From positions 18,938 to 82,937 of IMG/VR virus record IMGVR_UViG_3300032245_001466: a stretch of 64,000 bases of DNA; one strand, written 5' to 3'. Positions within the stretch are counted from its first letter, which is position 1. Each line of letters opens with the position of its first letter. Source of the stretch: a virus. The position numbers and the translations under genes were made by a program. This document shows positions 10,341-19,695 of this stretch, one piece after another. The notes under the pieces were generated by a model. The model saw nothing but the letters and a program-made list of their open reading frames with translations, searched no databases and was not told the origin of the DNA.

Positions 10341-10637
10341 ATGACGGATCGAGTAGACGCAATCGGAGCCACGCTCCTCGCAATCTTCGCGGCAACGGTT
10401 GCCGCTATGATCTTCGGCAGCGTGCCGTTCAGCGTGCTGAACGATCACGCGTTCGCCTACGCGGTGATGTCGCTCACGATGGGCGTCATCGCAGCGGTAG
10501 CGTTCTTCGCTCTCATGGAGTTCGTTGTTGTTCCTGTTGTCGATAGGATCTACTGGGCGCGGCGAGCAGCACGCCAAGAGCGCGAGCGCATTGAGCGCGC
10601 TTATCGCTCGTGGTCAGTCACGCGCAATCAGCGCTAG
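10341..10637 (+). CDS. cassette gene L0, two-TM membrane protein
   Basis: AAGGAG RBS; two hydrophobic segments. Confidence 0.7.
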   Translation: MTDRVDAIGATLLAIFAATVAAMIFGSVPFSVLNDHAFAYAVMSLTMGVIAAVAFFALMEFVVVPVVDRIYWARRAARQERERIERAYRSWSVTRNQR

Positions 10638-10868
10638 TCGGATTCACCCGCTGTACCGCGGACGCGCGGTGCGGCGGGTGGTTCGTTCGCGCCCACCTGT
10701 GGCCGCGTTCGATCTCACACACACATAATATAAGTAAGTAACTAAGTAATCTGACTAACCTAACAGGTTCGAGACAGCGCTCCGCGCTTATCGAGGCCAC
10801 CTAATGACTGACCGCTATCGTGGCATTCTCTCGGTGCGGCAGTTGCCGTATAGTTTATTGGAGGGTGT

Positions 10869-11183
10869 ATGTTCGAGTATGGTGAACCAGTCGTATCCGC
10901 AACCTACCGCAACGACGCGGTCGCAACGGTCACGATGACCTATCCGTCATTGGAGGGCAAGCTTCCAATGTGGTACACGCTTGATTTGACAATCGGCGAT
11001 CTACCGCGTCTCGTTTGGGGCTACGGCGAATGGAAGGCGGGTAGCGTCAGCGATACGCCGCGCGTCTACTCACTGCTCAAGAATATTGGCGTGTGGACGG
11101 ATGTGCCAGCGTTCATCCGCAGGGATGTTCTCAACGACTACGCGTCATTGGTCGGCGTGACCATTCGCGGCAGCGTCCTGTAG
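10869..11183 (+). CDS. cassette gene L1, hypothetical
   Basis: GGAGG RBS; fills the space between repeats. Confidence 0.75.
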   Translation: MFEYGEPVVSATYRNDAVATVTMTYPSLEGKLPMWYTLDLTIGDLPRLVWGYGEWKAGSVSDTPRVYSLLKNIGVWTDVPAFIRRDVLNDYASLVGVTIRGSVL

Positions 11184-11408
11184 CGCACGCAACCCCCATC
11201 GTCCAGACCATCGGGTCTGGGCGGTGGGTGGTTCGTTGGCCGCCCCCCGATGGGCACAGTTCGATATCGAGACTCCATAATATAAGTAACAGCCTAACTA
11301 AGTTCGAAGCGGCGCTCCGCGCCTAACAACACCACCTAAACGAATCTGCTGCTCGTGGCACTCTCTTGGTGCGGGGCAACAGCACCGCAATAGTATGGAG
11401 GGAATCAA

Positions 11409-11624
11409 ATGGCGTCAACGGCATGGAATCGCAAGAGTGCTGATTGGTATCAGCACAAGGCTACTGAGATCGTTGATATTGCGATGGACCTCACGAATCC
11501 ATCGGCAGACCTGGCGTTGGGTCTAGCCCACAAATGCGCAACGGCGTGGAGCCTCTCACCGCTCAATCGTGAGAAGTTCATGATGCTCGTATACGCAACG
11601 TTCAAGAACGCAATCAAGAAGTAG
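11409..11624 (+). CDS. cassette gene L2, hypothetical
   Basis: GGAGG RBS; between repeats. Confidence 0.75.
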   Translation: MASTAWNRKSADWYQHKATEIVDIAMDLTNPSADLALGLAHKCATAWSLSPLNREKFMMLVYATFKNAIKK

Positions 11625-11869
11625 ATCGACCAATAGGTCGGCAACAGAATCCACTCGCGGGTCGCAGTCGATGCGGCTCGCGGGTGGTTCGTTCGCCACC
11701 ACACACAGGCCAGAGTTCTATCTCGAAGCTATGTAATATAAGTAAGTGGGTAACTAAGTTCGACGCGGCGCTCCGCGCCTAACATGCCCACCTAAACAAC
11801 ACTCTGGCGTGTGGCACTCTCTGGTCAGCGGCGGACGCGCCGCGTAATCGTATAGTAGTAGGAGGTAGT

Positions 11870-12166
11870 ATGGTAGACGCAACCGTCAAGCACTACAACC
11901 CTATCGAGTGGGTTGTCTGGTTCGTAGAGGATAGGTCGCTATCTGATACGGAGAATAGCATCGAGTTCACGGAGCTTCAGGATCGTGTGAATGATCGGAT
12001 CACCGCCGCAATCACGGCGCTCCGTCATTCCAATCCAAACGGCTGGCTCGATAGCCTGGATCAGGGTGGCATGCGCATCATTAACGATGCGCTCGCGCCG
12101 ATCCAATGCCGCACGAATCGTCAGGACGATTCTGGCGCGTGGATCATTGAACGAGTAGACGCGTAA
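11870..12166 (+). CDS. cassette gene L3, hypothetical
   Basis: AGGAGGT RBS; between repeats. Confidence 0.75.
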   Translation: MVDATVKHYNPIEWVVWFVEDRSLSDTENSIEFTELQDRVNDRITAAITALRHSNPNGWLDSLDQGGMRIINDALAPIQCRTNRQDDSGAWIIERVDA

Positions 12167-12402
12167 AACATCCCCCACTCATCGCGGACGCGCGGTGGGT
12201 GGGGGGTTAGTTCGTCGCACCCCGTTCTGTGGCCAAGTTCTAACTCGAGATCCCATAATATAACTAACAGCCTAACTAAGTTCGAGTCAGCGCTCCGCGC
12301 TTAACGAGCACACCTAAATGAATCTGCTGCTCGTGGCATTCTCTTCTTGCGAGCGATGGCACCCGTATAGCAGCGGTGCTCGCAGAAAGGTAGGTGTTCA
12401 CG

Positions 12403-12645
12403 ATGTCTAAGAATGACAATCTTGCCGTCGCGATCAAGCGCCGAGACAATGCTCTCGCGTTGCTTGTAAGCGCGAAGGCGGATGTTGTTGCTGCGACGCG
12501 TCGTATCGCCGAGAGCGGTGGTTCCTATTTGGGGAATCGCCCTTCGTCGCATCCGAGCGTTCAGACAGCACAACGCGTCCTCTGGAACGTTGAAGAGCAG
12601 TACGCCAAAGCGGCGGCTGATCTGGCAACGATCCAGAAGGCGTAG
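12403..12645 (+). CDS. cassette gene L4, helical hypothetical
   Basis: RBS-like AGGTAGGT; between repeats. Confidence 0.7.
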   Translation: MSKNDNLAVAIKRRDNALALLVSAKADVVAATRRIAESGGSYLGNRPSSHPSVQTAQRVLWNVEEQYAKAAADLATIQKA

Positions 12646-12916
12646 CGTCCGTCTGGATTCTCCGAACCGCTCGTCGCTGCTAGGCGAGCGGTTCCCCTTC
12701 TCCCCTCACCGAGCAAGCGCGGTGGGGGGAGAGGTCTATCGGGCCTCTCTCACTACGTTCGATCCCGACAGTCCATAATATAACTAACTAAGTAACTAAG
12801 TTCGAGTCAGCGCTCCGCGCTTAACGAGCCAACCTAAATGAATCTGCCGTCCGTGGGAATATTCATTTGCGACGGGAGAGACGTCGCCCATGTGGTTAAA
12901 GCAAATAGGAGGCTCT

Positions 12917-13189
12917 ATGACGGATACCGAAAAGAAGGCAGCTCCGGTCACGTTGCTGCCATTTGTTGTCGTGGTCGCACGACTCGTTGAATTCTACATC
13001 CCTGTAGCAGCGGCTACAGCGGCTGATGCGAGTGATATCGCTCAGCAGATGGTCATGGATGGCCATGCTGATGATTTCTCCAACGAATGCGACATCCAGG
13101 AGGATGACGTTGACGTTCGGGGGGCGACGTTTGACGATCGCAACCTGTACAAATTCTTTGACGCGGACGGCGAAGAGCACCGCTTCTAG
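12917..13189 (+). CDS. cassette gene L5, acidic hypothetical
   Basis: AGGAGG RBS before ATG 12917. Confidence 0.75.
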   Translation: MTDTEKKAAPVTLLPFVVVVARLVEFYIPVAAATAADASDIAQQMVMDGHADDFSNECDIQEDDVDVRGATFDDRNLYKFFDADGEEHRF

Positions 13190-13455
13190 ATCCTGACCGC
13201 CATCTCTCGGCGGTCAACATCCCCCTCACCGCAGCGATGCGGTGAGGGGGATGGTAGATCCCTAGTCTCTCTCACTACGTTCGAGCTCGAGAATCCGCAA
13301 TATAACTAACTAACTAACTAACCCAGAGTTCGACTCGCCGCTCCGCGGCTAACATGCGTACCTAAATGAATCGGGCGGTCGGGGCATTATGTCGGCACGG
13401 GGACGCCCGACGCGTTGTGAATCGCAACGCGAAACAGAATCAAATAGGAGGCAGT

Positions 13456-13716
13456 ATGGACGCACTGGAAATCTTGTACAAGGTATTCGCACTATCGTAT
13501 GTTGCCGAGCGCGAGGCGTATCGCAATGTTCAGCGTTGGGAGACGCTCGCAGCGGCGCAGGGGAAACCCGAACCGCAGTACGCAACCGATAGCGTGTACG
13601 CTTCGCTCATTGATGAGTGGGACGAAGCGCACAAGGAACTGAAGAAGTTTGAGCGCGAACTTCTCAAGGAGTACCGCAAGCAGCGAGCAGCGGGCACCTT
13701 CACAGTGATGGCGTAG
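13456..13716 (+). CDS. cassette gene L6, hypothetical
   Basis: AGGAGG RBS before ATG 13456. Confidence 0.75.
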   Translation: MDALEILYKVFALSYVAEREAYRNVQRWETLAAAQGKPEPQYATDSVYASLIDEWDEAHKELKKFERELLKEYRKQRAAGTFTVMA

Positions 13717-13951
13717 ACACCGCCACGACACCACACCCCATCAACCGCGGACGCGCGGTTGGTGGGGTGGTCGGTCGGTACTCTCTCTCACGTTGTTCGA
13801 GCTCGGCAGCCCATAAGATAACTAACTAACTAACTAACCAATAACTGGTTCGAATCGGCGCTCCGCGCCTAACGAGCCCACATAAACGAATCCGTCGCCT
13901 ATGACATTATTCAGGTGCGGCAGTTGCCGTGTAGTATGAAAGGGGAAAGAA

Positions 13952-14278
13952 ATGTCACACGAGTTAGAGTTCAGTCACGATCCAAAGAGCGTCGCAGATC
14001 CCTGCTCTCTGGATAGTATCGTTGAGGCGTACATTGAATTCCGCAACGCACCTGTGCGTGGCACGAATCTCGTTTATCGGCAAATGCCCGTAGACGAGAT
14101 GCTCGCGATGACGCGCCGACCAGAGGATTTCATTGAGAGGCTAGGATCGTGGGCTGCGATCTGGGGTTCAGATTCTCAGCGATACGACATCGGCAAGTTC
14201 GGGTGGTGGTCCTGCTCCGAGTGCGGCGCCGATGACATTGAGTTAGGTTCATACGACGACGAGTGCGACGAAGAGTAG
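13952..14278 (+). CDS. cassette gene L7, acidic, C-terminal CxxC
   Basis: AAGGGG RBS; WSCSECG...DDECDEE. Confidence 0.75.
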   Translation: MSHELEFSHDPKSVADPCSLDSIVEAYIEFRNAPVRGTNLVYRQMPVDEMLAMTRRPEDFIERLGSWAAIWGSDSQRYDIGKFGWWSCSECGADDIELGSYDDECDEE

Positions 14279-14499
14279 TCGCCAATCGCTCCACTCTCCC
14301 ACCGCTCACCGCTTCGGCGGTGGGCGGTGGTAGTTCCATCCCGAGTCTCTCACTTCGTTCGATCTCGAAACTCCATAAGATAACTAACTAACTGGGCGTT
14401 CGATCCGACGCTCCGCGTCTATCAGGAGAACCTAAACAATAATGGCGTCTATGTCATTGTCTCTCTGCGGCACCTGCCGTATAGTTTGTAGGAGGTAGT

Positions 14500-14823
14500 A
14501 TGTCGGACACAGAAACGATGAGCCTTCAGGAGATGGCTCGCGAACTGACGGTAATGCGCATTGAGCGTTCCCGCTGCTGCGATCCATACGATTGTATGCA
14601 TCACGAGATGTGCGGCGAAGAGTGGTACGGGAAATGCAGCGGCTGCGAGCGTCGTGCGTACCTTTCCAATGAATTCTACGCTGCGTGCGAAGCAGAGAAT
14701 GCAGATCCTGCCGCGCTGCTCAATGCAGAAGAGCGCGCTATTGAGGATGAGCGCTTTGACTTCTACTCGCGAATGAACGAGTGGGGCAATGACGACGCTG
14801 CCTTCTGGACCGATCAAGAGTAG
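14500..14823 (+). CDS. cassette gene L8, acidic Cys-rich
   Basis: AGGAGGT RBS. Confidence 0.75.
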   Translation: MSDTETMSLQEMARELTVMRIERSRCCDPYDCMHHEMCGEEWYGKCSGCERRAYLSNEFYAACEAENADPAALLNAEERAIEDERFDFYSRMNEWGNDDAAFWTDQE

Positions 14824-15032
14824 TCGCATCACCCCGTTCACCGCTTTGGCGGTGGGCGGGGTGGTCTACCGAGGCTCTCTCACTACGTTCGATACCGAAC
14901 CCCCGTAAGATAACTAACTAACCCTGAGTTCGACTCGGCGCTCCGCGCCTAACGAGAGCACCTAAATGAATCACCCCCTCGTGGCATTCTCTTGGTGCGG
15001 CACTTGCCGCGTAGTATGAAAGGGGAGCGCAA

Positions 15033-15338
15033 ATGTTTGATTGCGTAAAGCACGGCGAGGTAGCGAAGAGTCTCAGTGGCTATTGCGTTGCTTGCTGCTC
15101 AGAGGATCATATCTGCGAAACCTGCGGATTGCGCAGCGGCAGTGATGATGGCTTCACTCTCGTTGAGTGGCGCAGCACGCAAATTTGGAAGGGTCAGATG
15201 CTTTGCGATGATTGCGTTGCGTGCGCAGATTGCGAAGTTTCTGGTGACGGTACCGTGAACACCCACAACGATTACAGCGAACTGCTTTGCGATGCTTGCG
15301 TTGAGGATCGCGACGCAGAGTGGGAGAGCGAAGAGTAG
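15033..15338 (+). CDS. cassette gene L9, multi-CxxC acidic protein
   Basis: Several CxxC pairs; ends WESEE. Confidence 0.75.
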   Translation: MFDCVKHGEVAKSLSGYCVACCSEDHICETCGLRSGSDDGFTLVEWRSTQIWKGQMLCDDCVACADCEVSGDGTVNTHNDYSELLCDACVEDRDAEWESEE

Positions 15339-15571
15339 TCACAACCGATCCACTCCACCATCGTCAACCGCTCGGCGGTTGGCGGTGGTGGTTCAATCGG
15401 GAGTCTCTCACTTCGTTCGATCCCGACAGTCCGTAATATAACTAACTAATTAACTAACTAATAACTGGTTCGACTCGGCCCTCCGGGCCTATCGGCCTAA
15501 CATAAATGAATCAATCGTTTGCCGTACTCTCTGGGTGCGGCGGTTGCCGTGTAGTAATAAGGAGGCTAGTA

Positions 15572-15916
15572 ATGGGAGCAATGAAGAATCAAGCAATAGA
15601 GGAGCGCAACGATAGCGTCGTTGATTATCACACATGGCGATTCGTAGAAGCCGATGGCGGTGCTGATCAGCACGCGCTAGAGTGGTGGGCGTCATCATAC
15701 GCTCGCCGTGCCGATACCGCCGACGAAGCGGTAGACGTCATGGAGAAGCCGCATCACTACGCTGAGGAGATTGCAGAGTTCGCCAGCATTTATGCTGACG
15801 CGAGCGATGACGACCTCTCGCTATTCGGCTATTGGGAGTGTGAAGAGTGCGGCGAAGAGTCCAAGAGGATCTCGCACTCGATAGACATGGCGAAGACCTG
15901 CTACGGTCAGCAGTAG
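15572..15916 (+). CDS. cassette gene L10, acidic
   Basis: AAGGAGG RBS before ATG 15572; WECEECG. Confidence 0.75.
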   Translation: MGAMKNQAIEERNDSVVDYHTWRFVEADGGADQHALEWWASSYARRADTADEAVDVMEKPHHYAEEIAEFASIYADASDDDLSLFGYWECEECGEESKRISHSIDMAKTCYGQQ

Positions 15917-16145
15917 CGCACCGCCCCACTCACCGCTTCGGCGGTGGGTGGGGCGGTCTATCGGGCCTCTCTCACTTCGTTCGAGCTCGCCAACCTGACT
16001 AATAACTAACTGCATAACTAACTAAGATAACTAACCTAACGTTCTGACGCTCGCTCCGCTCGCTTCGGCCGAACTATAATGAACCCAGCGATTCAGGCAC
16101 TATGTCGGTGCGGGGCTTCCCGTGTTGCGATAAGGAGGCAATAAA

Positions 16146-16376
16146 ATGGTAGCGTGCCAAGATTGTGGCGTTGAGTTCTTCAACGAGTTTGAGCCACTAT
16201 CAACTATCTGCGCAGCGTGCGTAGATGAGCGCGATTCCTATTACGAGAAATGGGCGGCAGAATACGCTGACGCTATGGCGGAAGAAGATGACGCTTGGGA
16301 GCGCACCAAGCGCAGGATTAGCCCTGAGCGCGGGTTTATCGGAACGGATACCGACCCGCTACCAGGCGGCGACTAA
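16146..16376 (+). CDS. cassette gene L11, acidic Zn-ribbon
   Basis: AAGGAGG RBS; CQDCG...CAAC. Confidence 0.75.
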   Translation: MVACQDCGVEFFNEFEPLSTICAACVDERDSYYEKWAAEYADAMAEEDDAWERTKRRISPERGFIGTDTDPLPGGD

Positions 16377-16381
16377 ACCAG

Positions 16382-16502
16382 AAGCCCCTCGTTGCCACGC
16401 GGCAGCGGGGGGCTTTCTGTTTGACCCCTCCTCGCCGGGCGAGGAGGGCTTGCCCAAATAATAAGCCCCCCAAGAGCCTCGGCGGTTTCTTGGGGGGCTT
16501 GC
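16382..16502. terminator. convergent terminators at the junction of the two arms
   Basis: AAGCCCC...GGGGCTTTCTGTTT (+) and AATAATAAGCCCCC...GGGGGCTT (-), with a third hairpin between them. Confidence 0.75.
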
Positions 16503-16518
16503 TTTGCTTCTGGTGTGT

Positions 16519-16836
16519 TTATGCTTCTGCCTTTGCCTCGGCTTTCGCGTCATCTACATAGGTGCGTGCGATTTCGTGCCAGTTGATTGCCTCAACCGCG
16601 GCGCGCAATAGGTCTGCCTCAAGTCCTGCCGCCTTCGTTGTCCAAGTTTCGTCAATCTCGTTGCGCAAGGTGTCCGCGAGAGTGTCGGCGGCGTCGTCCG
16701 TGTCGCCTTCGTTGTCCGTAAGAATCTCGGCGGCAATCTCCGCAACATAGTCGCTGCCGCCCGCATAGCCTTCGCCAATCCACAACGCGGCAAGCCAAGT
16801 TTCGTAGTTGCTCCAGCCGTTGTATTGTCCGCTCAT
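16519..16836 (-). CDS. cassette gene R1, acidic YNGW-motif protein
   Basis: YNGWSNYETW...INW.EIA; GGAGG RBS; TTGACA(16903-16908)-18-TATAAT(16879-16884) promoter. Confidence 0.8.
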   Translation of the reverse strand: MSGQYNGWSNYETWLAALWIGEGYAGGSDYVAEIAAEILTDNEGDTDDAADTLADTLRNEIDETWTTKAAGLEADLLRAAVEAINWHEIARTYVDDAKAEAKAEA

Positions 16837-17017
16837 TGTCTAGCCTCCTTCTATGCCTTGCCCAAGTGGGCTAGTCGCATTATAGAGTGAGATTCTGCGC
16901 CCTGTCAAGCGTTCTATCTCAGGTAGCCGGGGCTACCTGAGCCATAACAATAAACCCCGCCGAAGCGGGGCTTATCGTTTCACGACGGGGGGCTAGTTCC
17001 CCGTAGCGAGCATCTAG

Positions 17018-17239
17018 TTATCGCGCAAGCGCGACGGCCTCTTGTACGCGGCTTGCCGCGCCCTCGGCGCTACCGAACTCCTCAATGCCGAACACCTCAA
17101 CGAGATTGTTTACAAAGTCGGTCGCCATCTTCTCAAAGTAGAAGGTCGTATCGCCCTCCGCGTCCTGCCCCTCATACCAACGGGCAAAGGTTGTGCTTGC
17201 TCCGTTTGTGTGAATCTGATACCAAGTGTTTGCGTTCAT
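17018..17239 (-). CDS. cassette gene R2b, hypothetical
   Basis: ORF coupled to upstream small Cys-rich ORF. Confidence 0.65.
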   Translation of the reverse strand: MNANTWYQIHTNGASTTFARWYEGQDAEGDTTFYFEKMATDFVNNLVEVFGIEEFGSAEGAASRVQEAVALAR

Positions 17240-17244
17240 TAGTC

Positions 17245-17394
17245 CTACTCCTCACATACGCAGGTTTCGCACCCGCAGTTGATTTTGTTGTGGCACTTCT
17301 CGCAAAGCACCTTGCCGCTCTGGTTGAGTGTTTCGCTCATACCATCGCCGCAGTTCTCGCAGGGCGAGTAGTCCAAGTCCTCAAAGGTCGCCAT
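17245..17394 (-). CDS. cassette gene R2a, 49-aa Cys-rich acidic protein
   Basis: MATFEDLDYSPCENCG...LCEKCH...CGCETCVCEE*; AGGAGG RBS; translated by hand. Confidence 0.65.
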   Translation of the reverse strand: MATFEDLDYSPCENCGDGMSETLNQSGKVLCEKCHNKINCGCETCVCEE

Positions 17395-17555
17395 TTCTAG
17401 CCTCCTATTCCTAGCCAGCCCAAGTGGGCTACGGGCATTATAGAGTCATCTTCTGCCTGCCGTCAAGTGGTTCTAGTCCAATCTGCCGAGGCAGATTGGA
17501 GGCAAACAAAAACGAGGGGCGCACCCCTCGTTTCTGTTTTCTGAGCTGCGAAACC

Positions 17556-17963
17556 TTACGCGATAGGGTAGCCGCCCAGTTCTAGCAGCGTGCGGATTTC
17601 TTCCACCTGCTCATCATTGAGGGCGAGCGTCTGCCCGTCCTTATCCTCTGCGGTGAGTACGCAGTTGCCATAGATGCCGTCAAAGTTTCCGCCGAGGATT
17701 TCATTTCGCAGCGAAGTTGCCGCCTGATTGCGGACGACTGGCTCATTGAAAAGCCCTTCCTCATCGCACCAGAGCACCACACTCGTTGCGCCGTACTTGC
17801 CAGAAACCGCAACCTCGGTAATGTCAAACTCGCCCACGCGGTAAATCTCTTTGAGCGTGCTGCCGTCATCGTTGAAGTCCACCACCTCAACCCAGTTGAA
17901 GAGTGCGCCGTTTGGCGTTGCGTCCTCAAACTTGCCGACTCCGAACTTGAACGCCTTACCCAT
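17556..17963 (-). CDS. DUF3846-like protein
   Basis: LWCDEEGLF....RN..AT...IYGNCVL...DG.T..L. Confidence 0.65.
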   Translation of the reverse strand: MGKAFKFGVGKFEDATPNGALFNWVEVVDFNDDGSTLKEIYRVGEFDITEVAVSGKYGATSVVLWCDEEGLFNEPVVRNQAATSLRNEILGGNFDGIYGNCVLTAEDKDGQTLALNDEQVEEIRTLLELGGYPIA

Positions 17964-18093
17964 TTTCTAGCCTCCTACTTTTTCCATCGGGAAGCCCCGA
18001 CCTCTGAATCTTACGCGATAAATCCGCAGCCTGTCAAGCGGGTTCTACCCCTAATGGCCGGAGCCATTAGGGGCTGAACTATTATCTGGCGAT

Positions 18094-18435
18094 TTAGGCG
18101 AAGACGCTTGTGATGTCCTGCATTTCGCGCTCAGCGGCTTCGGCGGAATCAAAGACAACGAAGTCAATGAATCCATCGTTGCGCCAGTGAACGATTGCAT
18201 ACTGGAACCTATCGTAAGTCCCATCAAGTTCGGTTTCATACGATTCATCTGGGATAGCAACGCCATCCATCGTATCTCCATAGATGAGTTCAATCTTGAT
18301 AGCGTGCGGCTCAACGCGGCTCCGAACTTCTGGTCGGAGATACCAAACTGGGCACTTGCTGCACACTTCGCCCTGTGAGCAGTGGAACTGGTAGAAGTCG
18401 CTCTTCGTGAGTGAGATTGCAAACGCCTTGAACAT
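18094..18435 (-). CDS. cassette gene R4, hypothetical
   Basis: AGGAGG RBS and own promoter. Confidence 0.7.
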   Translation of the reverse strand: MFKAFAISLTKSDFYQFHCSQGEVCSKCPVWYLRPEVRSRVEPHAIKIELIYGDTMDGVAIPDESYETELDGTYDRFQYAIVHWRNDGFIDFVVFDSAEAAEREMQDITSVFA

Positions 18436-18636
18436 CCTAGCCTCCTGTTCTCAATCAGCCCAAGTGGGCTACGCCCATTGTAATGTGAACTTTCCCAGCC
18501 TGTCAAGCGTTCTATCCCAAGTGGCCTCGGCCACTTGGGGCATAACAATAATAAAGCGGGCTAGTTGGCTGCGATCAACTAGCCCGCTTGGGGAAGAGGT
18601 GGTGGAGGCTGCCGCCACCTCGTAGACATTAGTCCG

Positions 18637-18900
18637 CTATGCGAACTCAAACTGGCGACAATCTGCGCCGAACAAACAACTGGCTGGCTCGTGTGGTTGT
18701 GGCTCTATTGCCCAGTTTAGGCAAGTGCCGCAAGAATCGCCACAAAGGTTGATGTCATCCCAGTCAAAGACAGGTCCGAGGGTGTTGCCCTCGCGGTCAG
18801 TTGTCTGTGGGTCGTCAAGCGCGTCGCCGAAGCGAACCTCAGCGCACGCCACGCAATGGAATGAACCCTCGTAAGTCCAAGCCAAGATTCTGCTATCCAT
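18637..18900 (-). CDS. cassette gene R5, Cys-rich (HC..CA..RF...DREGN)
   Basis: GGAGG RBS before ATG 18900. Confidence 0.7.
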   Translation of the reverse strand: MDSRILAWTYEGSFHCVACAEVRFGDALDDPQTTDREGNTLGPVFDWDDINLCGDSCGTCLNWAIEPQPHEPASCLFGADCRQFEFA

Positions 18901-19094
18901 AAGTCCTCCTACTCGCAACTATCGGTAGTTCCCGACCACACGATTATACGCGATAAGTTCTGAGCCTGTCAAGTTCCACCGCAAGGAGCCGAGGCTCCTT
19001 GCGCCTACCCAATAATGCTATCTACTGCTGATGAGGGCGAGTGTGTACAGCATTAGGAGCAGGAGCAGCCCGTAGAAGATGGCGTACTCCACAA

Positions 19095-19352
19095 TCATAC
19101 AACCACGCTTTGGAGCGCGTCGTAGCAGTCATCGCATAGCGACTGCTTATGCTCGTAGGCGTTCTCGTAGCCGTTCCAGCCGTAGGCAAACGAACGCGTC
19201 TTGCCCTCAAACGGGCAACGCTTGTCCAGACCAAGAGCCTCCTCGCCCTCGCACTCCTGAACCATTGGGTGATCGTGCGTTTCGCACTCGCATTGGTCGT
19301 AGTAGCAATCGCCGTTGCCACACATCGTCATTGACGCTTGTAGGTATGCCAT
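19095..19352 (-). CDS. cassette gene R6, Cys-rich acidic
   Basis: AAGGAGG RBS before ATG 19352. Confidence 0.7.
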   Translation of the reverse strand: MAYLQASMTMCGNGDCYYDQCECETHDHPMVQECEGEEALGLDKRCPFEGKTRSFAYGWNGYENAYEHKQSLCDDCYDALQSVVV

Positions 19353-19469
19353 TGTTGCCTCCTTCACTAGCCTCCCCAAGTGGGGTACTCGTATTCTATA
19401 CACACTCCTAGCCAGCCGTCAAGCGGGGTTCTAGTCATCTTTGCCGGAGCAAAGATGAGCAGAACAAAT

Positions 19470-19695
19470 AGAAAGACCCCCCAGAGCCGTCGCCCTGAGA
19501 GGTCTTTCCTCGGATTCGTTGTCTGGGGCTAATCACTTCCCCAGACTCCTTTTCCTTCCGCTCCGCCGATACATTGGCTCCTAGCGGTCATCGTCCTTTG
19601 CGTCTCTATCCCCGCATTTCTTGGCTGCGGCATCTGCTCGCTCGTCCAGAGTCTCACCCAGTCGGTTGCTATTCCTAGGATCGCTTCCGACATAG
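19470..19695 (-). ncRNA. candidate small RNA occupying a cassette slot
   Basis: TTGACA(19722-19727)-18-GATACT promoter and terminator hairpin near 19472-19508, with no RBS-led ORF between. Confidence 0.45.

Larger units (their letters stand above)
10214..16074 (+). repeat. Left-arm intergenic repeat family: 12 copies of a 26-bp element GTTCGA-NNC-[5-bp stem]-TCC-[5-bp stem]-TA(A/T)C inside a ~200-270-bp conserved module
   Basis: Copies start at 10214, 10767, 11302, 11758, 12280, 12800, 13328, 13848, 14398, 14928, 15468 and 16041 (degenerate). Module = GC hairpin, GTTC(G/T)A box A, (TAAC)n tract, 26-bp element, CCTAAA box, -10-like box, 5' hairpin, RBS. Confidence 0.95.

Noticed and set aside
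10767-15493. tRNA fragments (GTTCGANNC resembles the T-loop)
   Set aside because: No T-stem pairing, cloverleaf or CCA around the motif.
10214-16074. Classical integron attC array (GCCTAAC matches RYYYAAC)
   Set aside because: The order is GTT...AAC rather than RYYYAAC...GTTRRRY, the cassettes carry their own promoters, and no IntI is present; only the analogy is kept.
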